In this document: piece by piece, positions 58,584 through 64,000 of the stretch
Layout: each line of letters starts with the position of its first letter
Position numbering within the stretch: the first letter of the stretch is position 1
Source: Polyangiales bacterium
Lineage (GTDB): Bacteria; Myxococcota_A; Polyangia; Polyangiales; Ga0077539
Direction: 5' to 3'
Length of the DNA stretch: 64,000 nt
NCBI GenBank assembly: GCA_044229975.1
Contig: JBGARZ010000008.1
Coordinates: 192,001-256,000 of the forward strand
Position numbers and translations under genes: made by a program
The notes under the pieces: model-generated
Seen by the model: the letters and a program-made list of their open reading frames with translations, nothing else
The model's database searches: none
What the model was told of the DNA's origin: nothing

Positions 58584-59513
58584 TCAGGGAACCATCGACG
58601 AAGGATCGGGCAAGACGGGCACGCTCGCGTCGGACCAGTCGCGCGTGCGTCGACGCACCGGCGGAACCATCGTCGTCGGAATGGGCACCGGCGTGGGGCG
58701 CGGCGGCGCGACGTGGACCGACGCGTCGACGTCGCCGGGCGGCATCGGCGGCATCGGCGGCATCGGCGGTGGCGGCGTGAGCGCGAGGTGGGCGAGCTGT
58801 CGCGCGCGCTGCACCGCGGGGCTGTCGTCGCCCACCGGGTCGAGCGCGCGGGCGGCGTCGAGGCCGTCCAGGCAGCGGGTCCATTCGAGTCGGTCGCAGG
58901 CGCGCAGGGCCTCGTCGCGCAGCCGCTGCGCGCGGGCGGAGAGCGCGACGATCTCGGGCGCCTCGATGAGCGGCGAGGGGCGGTGCTCGTGCGAGCGGGT
59001 TCCGCGCCACGCGAGGTAGGCGAGCACGCCCGCGAGGCCCGCCGCCGCGAGCTGGGCCCAGCGCATCCGAAAGAGCCGTCGCATGCGGCTCACGCGCTGT
59101 CGCACCTGCGGCGGCGGCAGGCGCGCCTCTTCGGCGATGGCCTCCAGGGTCTCGCCGTCACCCTCGCGCAGCAGCCACTCGAAGGTGCGACGCGTGTCGG
59201 AGTCCGGGGGCAGCTCGCCGACCGCCCATCGCAAGAGATCGCGCTCGGCTTCGGCGGCGCGCGGGGCGACCTGTTCGGGGACGGCGCCCACCACCTCGCG
59301 GCGCTGCCGACGGTGGTAGTCGGCGACCTTGTTGCGGGCGACGCCCCAGATCCAGCGGCGGGCCTCCTCGCGCTCGCGCGGTCGGTCGGTGGAGGCGACG
59401 GCCTCCGTCAGCGCGGCCTGCACCACGTCGTCGGCGTCCGCGGGCGGAACCCTCCGCCGCACCATGGCGAGCAGCGCGTCACGGAAGGCCGCGGAGGTCC
59501 AGTCGTCGTGCAT
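58584..59513 (-). CDS. ECF sigma-70 factor with fused TM helix and extracytoplasmic Cys/Pro-rich extension
   Basis: Sigma2 DADDVVQ...WIWGVARNKVADYHR; sigma4 TLEAIAEE..VRQRVSR; TM AQLAAAGLAGVLAYLAW. Confidence 0.82.
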   Translation of the reverse strand: MHDDWTSAAFRDALLAMVRRRVPPADADDVVQAALTEAVASTDRPREREEARRWIWGVARNKVADYHRRQRREVVGAVPEQVAPRAAEAERDLLRWAVGELPPDSDTRRTFEWLLREGDGETLEAIAEEARLPPPQVRQRVSRMRRLFRMRWAQLAAAGLAGVLAYLAWRGTRSHEHRPSPLIEAPEIVALSARAQRLRDEALRACDRLEWTRCLDGLDAARALDPVGDDSPAVQRARQLAHLALTPPPPMPPMPPMPPGDVDASVHVAPPRPTPVPIPTTMVPPVRRRTRDWSDASVPVLPDPSSMVP

Positions 59514-59579
59514 GGAGGAGAGCATCGACGGTACATCGCGAGAGGCCCGCGGAGTGTGACGAGGCCGGTGGCGCTTTCT

Positions 59580-60854
59580 CTACGGGAGGCAGTCGACGGG
59601 CACCGCGTAGACCCGCTGGCCCTGCCCGAAGACCACGAGCGCGCCGCGTCGCGTCGGCACCACGCGCGTTTCTTCGACGAAGGACAGGGGCGTGTCGGGC
59701 AGCAGCCGGATGGGCTCCGCGAGGGGGGTGCCGCGCCCGTCGGTCACCACCAGGAAGAGGCGCGTGGCCGACGGGTCGAACACCGCCGTGTGCATGACGG
59801 CGAGCACCTCGTCACCGCGAACGTCCGCGTGAACCCCGGCGGCGGGGACCGTTCGCGCGAGGGTCACGGACTCGCCCGCCGGGCTCACGTCAGCGCGCAG
59901 GGCGCGGACGGTGATGGCCTGCCGATGCCAGGTCGCCAGCAACCCGTCGCCGGTCTCCAGCACGCGCGCGGGTGAGTACGCGCCCTCGCCGCGATCGAGC
60001 ACCACGGCGTCGCCGAGGGCGGTCCCCCGCCGGTCGAAGCGTTGGGCGTACAGCGCGACCTCGGCGCCCGGCATGATCGTGCGGGCCTCTACCCACGTCG
60101 CCACGAAGCCACCCGAGACGACGGTTCGGGTCATCGGCCCGGAGGTCGGCGCCTCCGTCATCGGCAGGCGCGTGGGCATCCCCGCAAAGCGCCCGTCCTC
60201 CGACAGAAACACGAGCTGATCGCCCCACAGCGCGCGCACCTCCGAGGTGAGGAAGCTCCACCCGTCGTCCGTTCGCGCGATCGACCCGCAGCCCGACAGG
60301 GAGAAGCCTCCTAGGGTGTTGAGCTCGACGTTTTGCGCGAGCTGCGACCCGTCGCCGCGGAAGCTCACGAACGCGCACGCGCCACGGTCGGTCTGTCCCG
60401 CGGCGAGCATGACGGCGGCGTCGCGCGCGGCGTCCCAGGCCATCGAGAATTGCAGGTCGGCCATGCGCGGAAGGGAGACGACCGCGCCGCGGCTCATGCG
60501 GCCGGGCGCCGACCACGGGTGGACGCTCCCGTCGTCGCGCACTCGGCGGACGTGAACGCGGTCGGGCCCGTTGGCGGGGTCGCGCTCGCGCCACGCCACC
60601 AGGGCGCCGTCGGGCGTGGCGATCGCGTCGACGAGCTGGAAGCGCTGTGGGTCGGACGGGTCGGAGACGACGACGAGGGGACCGCTCGTCGCACGCCGAC
60701 ACGTGCCGAGCACCACAGGTGCGTCGACCGTGGCTGCGACGTCGGCGGTCCCACCATCGAGTTGCACCGCGGTGACCGACGACCCGCAGGCTGTCACCAG
60801 CAGCGCGGCGACCGACACCGCACGCACCCCAGAGGCGAACGACAAGCAAGTCAT
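59580..60854 (-). CDS. Hypothetical beta-propeller-like lipoprotein
   Basis: Lipobox LVTACG; repeated LVAW/FVATW/LLATW strands. Confidence 0.7.
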   Translation of the reverse strand: MTCLSFASGVRAVSVAALLVTACGSSVTAVQLDGGTADVAATVDAPVVLGTCRRATSGPLVVVSDPSDPQRFQLVDAIATPDGALVAWRERDPANGPDRVHVRRVRDDGSVHPWSAPGRMSRGAVVSLPRMADLQFSMAWDAARDAAVMLAAGQTDRGACAFVSFRGDGSQLAQNVELNTLGGFSLSGCGSIARTDDGWSFLTSEVRALWGDQLVFLSEDGRFAGMPTRLPMTEAPTSGPMTRTVVSGGFVATWVEARTIMPGAEVALYAQRFDRRGTALGDAVVLDRGEGAYSPARVLETGDGLLATWHRQAITVRALRADVSPAGESVTLARTVPAAGVHADVRGDEVLAVMHTAVFDPSATRLFLVVTDGRGTPLAEPIRLLPDTPLSFVEETRVVPTRRGALVVFGQGQRVYAVPVDCLP

Positions 60855-60902
60855 GGCGGTAGGTCGTAACGCATCGGGCCGCCCTCTGGTACGACGCGGC
60901 GC

Positions 60903-61613
60903 ATGTCATGGCGCCGGTGGACGACGGTGGCGATTGCGCTGGTTTCGCTGGACGGCTGCATGGAGGACGCCTGGGCGCAGCACGCGAACCCCGACCCCCA
61001 CGCGGGTCCTCGCACGTCGGGTCCGAGCATCCTCGACGCGCTCCACCGCAGGTCCGACGCGGGCTTTCCGTCGCGCGCCGCTGACGCCAGCGACACCGTG
61101 AGCGGATCGCTCGGCGACACCATCGGCGACCGCTTCGGGTGGCAGGGTCTCGGCTCATCGGGTGGGTACGATCGTGCGCGTGACGGCGGGGTCGCCGTCC
61201 CCGCGGGGCAAGGCACCATCGGCATCGGGCGCCTCGCTCCCCGGGGCGACGGCGGCACCTTCGGCGCAGGCGCGATGGGCGTTCGTCCCAGCGGGCGTGG
61301 GCGCTTCGAGGCGCTGACGGTGGAGGGTCCGGTGCCGACCTGGGAGGTGCAGGCTGCCCTGTCGAGGGTCGCGGCTCGCACCAACAACTGCCTCGTCACC
61401 GCCCGGCAGACGGGCAACCTGGACATCATGGTGCGCCTCGAGTTCGGGGCTCCGCCGACGGCGCCGAGCGCGATCTACGACACCACCAACGCGGTCGTAC
61501 GCCAGTGCATGACGGAGGCGCTCGCCCGCGCGCTGGTCTCGGCGTCGACGCCGGTGACCCGGGTGACGGCGCGCTTCCGACGGGAGTCCCCGCCCGACGC
61601 CGGGCGACCCTGA
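60903..61613 (+). CDS. Secreted protein with Gly-rich linker and AgmX/PglI-like C-terminal domain
   Basis: Signal-like N-terminus, GFGWQGLG-type linker, C-terminal domain with two Cys. Confidence 0.55.
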   Translation: MSWRRWTTVAIALVSLDGCMEDAWAQHANPDPHAGPRTSGPSILDALHRRSDAGFPSRAADASDTVSGSLGDTIGDRFGWQGLGSSGGYDRARDGGVAVPAGQGTIGIGRLAPRGDGGTFGAGAMGVRPSGRGRFEALTVEGPVPTWEVQAALSRVAARTNNCLVTARQTGNLDIMVRLEFGAPPTAPSAIYDTTNAVVRQCMTEALARALVSASTPVTRVTARFRRESPPDAGRP

Positions 61614-61622
61614 GCGCCTACG

Positions 61623-62303
61623 TCACCGCTCCGGCCTGAACGTGAACGGAAACTCGAACTCCACCGGCGCCCCGCGCGCCGCGGGCCACTGCAACCCCCG
61701 CAGGTGTCCCACCACGCAGTGCCCGACGTCGCGAAACCCGGGCGGCCCCGACGCCACCGCGTGCGTCATGCGACCGTCCACCGACAGCGTGAAGCGCACC
61801 CTCACCAGCCCGGTCAGCTCGCCGTTGCCCCGCAGCGCGTCCTCGTAGCACCGCCGCAGCTCGGGGATCTCTGCCAGTATGATCGCCGCGACCGCCGCGG
61901 GGTCCACCTCGCCCGTCACCTCCGGCGCCGCCGCCACCGCGCCCGCTGCCATCGCTCGCCCTCCCCGCGGCGACAGCGTCCACTCGGCGTTGCGTCGCGT
62001 CGCCGCAAACGGCGCCACCCGCGCGCGCTCCAGCGCCATGCTCACGCACTGCTGCACCGGCACCGGCGTGCCCTCCGACGCCGCCACCCGCTCCGCCAGG
62101 AACATCCCCGACGCCCCGTCGAAGAACCCGCCCACCGTCACCGAGTTGCCCGCCGCGAGGCACTGCCGCGCCCGCGCGCTCGCGGCCTCGAAGGCCGCGT
62201 CCACCGTCTCGTCCGAGGGCGCCGCGGACCTCGTCGGCCGCACCGTCGGCGCGCTCGCGCAGGCCGTCATCAGCGCCACTGCGACCCACACGCCCACGCG
62301 CAT
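61623..62303 (-). CDS. AgmX/PglI C-terminal (TonB-C-like) domain lipoprotein
   Basis: Lipobox MTACA; LRRCYEDAL..LTGLVRVRFTLSVDG, FEFPFTF. Confidence 0.8.
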   Translation of the reverse strand: MRVGVWVAVALMTACASAPTVRPTRSAAPSDETVDAAFEAASARARQCLAAGNSVTVGGFFDGASGMFLAERVAASEGTPVPVQQCVSMALERARVAPFAATRRNAEWTLSPRGGRAMAAGAVAAAPEVTGEVDPAAVAAIILAEIPELRRCYEDALRGNGELTGLVRVRFTLSVDGRMTHAVASGPPGFRDVGHCVVGHLRGLQWPAARGAPVEFEFPFTFRPER

Positions 62304-62308
62304 GGTGG

Positions 62309-63241
62309 TCAGCGACCGCGGTGGGTGACGGAGAAGCCGAAGCCCATGGCGTCGCTCCCGTGCGGCGAGGCGGCGGGGAGCAACCACTGCGCGCCGAGCT
62401 CGACGTTTTGCCCCGCGCGGTAGCGCAGCGTCAGCCCGAACTGCACGTTGGGGCCCACCACCTCGTCGCGAAAGACGTTGCCGACCTGCACGCCTGTCAC
62501 GAGGCCCACGCCGAGCTCGTCGAAGGGCGACCACAGCAGCCGCAGCGGGATGTTGAGCACCTCGCGCAGCGTCGACCCTTCGCTCAAGACGGACTGCAAG
62601 AACACCCCGCTCTCCACCCGCAGCCGCGCCCCGGGCAGCACCACCTGCACGGGCAACCCGAGGGCCATGCTCCAGGCGGTGTTCTGCGCGAGCGGCGCCT
62701 GTAGCATCAGCTCCACCCCCGCGCGAAACACCCGCTCTGCCCCATCCAGAAACGACCAGCGCAGCTTCACCCACGGGTTGCCGATGAAGCGGTTGCCCGT
62801 CTGGAACACCTCGTCCCGCCACACCCTCCCGTACCGATCGGCCGAGAGCTGCGCGCCGTCGCCGAGGCGAACGCCCGTCCCTGCCTCGATCTGGAAGTGA
62901 CGGCCGAGCCCCGCACTCACGTCCATCGAGAGCCCGAGGCCACCGCGATCAGAGAACGTTCGCCCGATGCTGCTCGTGCCGTACGCCACGCCCCATTGCA
63001 GCAGCACCATCCCGGATGGCAGTGACAGCGGGCGCGTCAGCATCGACGGCATCGCGAAGCGCGACGGGGGCGCCGGCCTCACCGGACGCGGAACCCCCGG
63101 AGGCGGCAACGGTTCAACGGTCTGTTCGAGCGGAGGCGGCGGGAGCCACGGCGCGCGGTCCTGCGCCGCGGACGGGCGCGAGAGCAGCGTGACCCCCACT
63201 GCGACGAAGAGCGCGGCGAATGAAGCGCGAGGGCGCCTCAC
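62309..63241 (-). CDS. Putative outer-membrane beta-barrel protein
   Basis: GTG overlaps the frr stop; signal peptide, Pro-rich linker, amphipathic beta-strands. Confidence 0.65.
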   Translation of the reverse strand: MRRPRASFAALFVAVGVTLLSRPSAAQDRAPWLPPPPLEQTVEPLPPPGVPRPVRPAPPSRFAMPSMLTRPLSLPSGMVLLQWGVAYGTSSIGRTFSDRGGLGLSMDVSAGLGRHFQIEAGTGVRLGDGAQLSADRYGRVWRDEVFQTGNRFIGNPWVKLRWSFLDGAERVFRAGVELMLQAPLAQNTAWSMALGLPVQVVLPGARLRVESGVFLQSVLSEGSTLREVLNIPLRLLWSPFDELGVGLVTGVQVGNVFRDEVVGPNVQFGLTLRYRAGQNVELGAQWLLPAASPHGSDAMGFGFSVTHRGR

Positions 63242-63795
63242 ACCGTCATGATCTCCTTCTCCTTCACGGCCACGATGTCGTCGACGGTCTTCACGGCGCC
63301 GGCCACGAGGTCTTCGGCCTTCTTCCACGCGAGGTCGCCCTCGTCCTCGCTCACGTCGCCGTCCTTGATGAGGGCGTCGATCATGTCCTTGGCGTCCTTG
63401 CGCGACTTGCGGATGGCGATCTTGCAGTCCTCGCCCTCCTTGCGCGCCTTCTTCGCGAGCTCCTTGCGGCGGTCTTCGGTGAGCGAGGGCAACGGGATGC
63501 GCAGCAGGTCGCCGTCGAGCTGCGGGTTGAGCCCCAGGTCGCTCTCGCGGATGGCCTTGTCGACGGCCTTGGACTGCCCGCGCTCCCACACCTTGATCTG
63601 GATCATCCGGGGCTCCGGGACCGAGATGGTGGCCATGTTCGCGATGGGCGTCGGGGTGCCGTAGTAGTCCACGCGGACGCCGTCCAACATCGACGCATTG
63701 GCCCGGCCGGTACGCAGACGGGAGAGGTCGCGCCGCAAAGCCTCGTGGGCCTTGCCGTAGGCGTTCTTGAGCTCCTCGATGACTTCTTCAAGCAT
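63238..63795 (-). CDS. frr: Ribosome recycling factor
   Basis: LRTGRANASMLD..VDYYG, LGLNP, LTEDRRKEL, KEKEIM; 185 aa. Confidence 0.97.
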   Translation of the reverse strand: MLEEVIEELKNAYGKAHEALRRDLSRLRTGRANASMLDGVRVDYYGTPTPIANMATISVPEPRMIQIKVWERGQSKAVDKAIRESDLGLNPQLDGDLLRIPLPSLTEDRRKELAKKARKEGEDCKIAIRKSRKDAKDMIDALIKDGDVSEDEGDLAWKKAEDLVAGAVKTVDDIVAVKEKEIMTV

Positions 63796-63844
63796 GGCGC
63801 GCTTCGGCTCCTATCGATATCGGATGGGTGGTTGGGAGAGTCAC

Positions 63845-63865
63845 GGGTTGTCCAATGGACAACCC
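63845..63865. promoter_or_regulatory. 21-bp palindrome GGGTTGTCCA-A-TGGACAACCC upstream of frr (operator or hairpin)
   Basis: Perfect 10-bp arms with a 1-bp centre. Confidence 0.55.
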
Positions 63866-63885
63866 TGGCGGGGACTGCACTCAGG

Positions 63886-64000
63886 TCACTGCGGGGTGAC
63901 CTGGCACTCCAGGGAGAAGGTTCCGCTGTTGTTGCCGGCGTAGCCGTCGACGAAGACGGTGTACGTGCCGGGGTCGAGCGTGGCCTCGACCTGCGAGTGC
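63886..64000 (-). CDS. C-terminus of a PPC (pre-peptidase C-terminal)-like domain protein (partial)
   Basis: Manual translation: HSQVEATLDPGTYTVFVDGYAGNNSGTFSLECQVTPQ*. Confidence 0.75.
   Translation of the reverse strand, partial: HSQVEATLDPGTYTVFVDGYAGNNSGTFSLECQVTPQ

Noticed and set aside
58738..58764. GGCGGCATC x3 as a phase-variation tract
   Set aside because: The 9-bp unit is in frame (PPM repeats in a Pro-rich linker), so slippage would not switch expression.

Overview
Very GC-rich bacterial chromosomal window. The gene content (Cys-rich repeat lipoproteins, OmpA/TSP3 protein, AgmX/PglI-type domains, DUF2169 adaptors, membrane-fused ECF sigma factor) suggests a myxobacterium, possibly Polyangiales-like; this is inference. 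About 55 CDS are supported: an orphan VgrG-DUF2169 spike cluster, VIT-vWA, a Cys-rich/Kelch lipoprotein split by one in-frame TGA, a NaeI/NgoMIV-like restriction-modification pair behind menC-menE, a WYL regulator, VOC/GST/Bcp stress genes, a TraB-like OmpA gene coupled to a 17-repeat Cys-rich lipoprotein, a LytS/LytTR pair, LysR/pirin, a MarR/Coq4-like pair, a coupled P-loop ATPase + NACHT/pentapeptide operon, a BtuCDF/FecBCE-like ABC transporter, a GGDEF protein and frr. The strongest non-coding signals are three long intergenic palindromes: (i) a ~340-bp nested REP/REPIN-like element whose left arm is interrupted by a complete group IIC intron while the twin site in the right arm is empty, lying between a WYL gene and a DriD-like operator before a VOC gene; (ii) a perfect 87-bp inverted repeat around a 51-bp spacer; (iii) a CGCAAGGG-type imperfect palindrome. 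No rRNA, tRNA or CRISPR array was seen. Family assignments come from motif reading only, with no database searches, and several start codons are best guesses.
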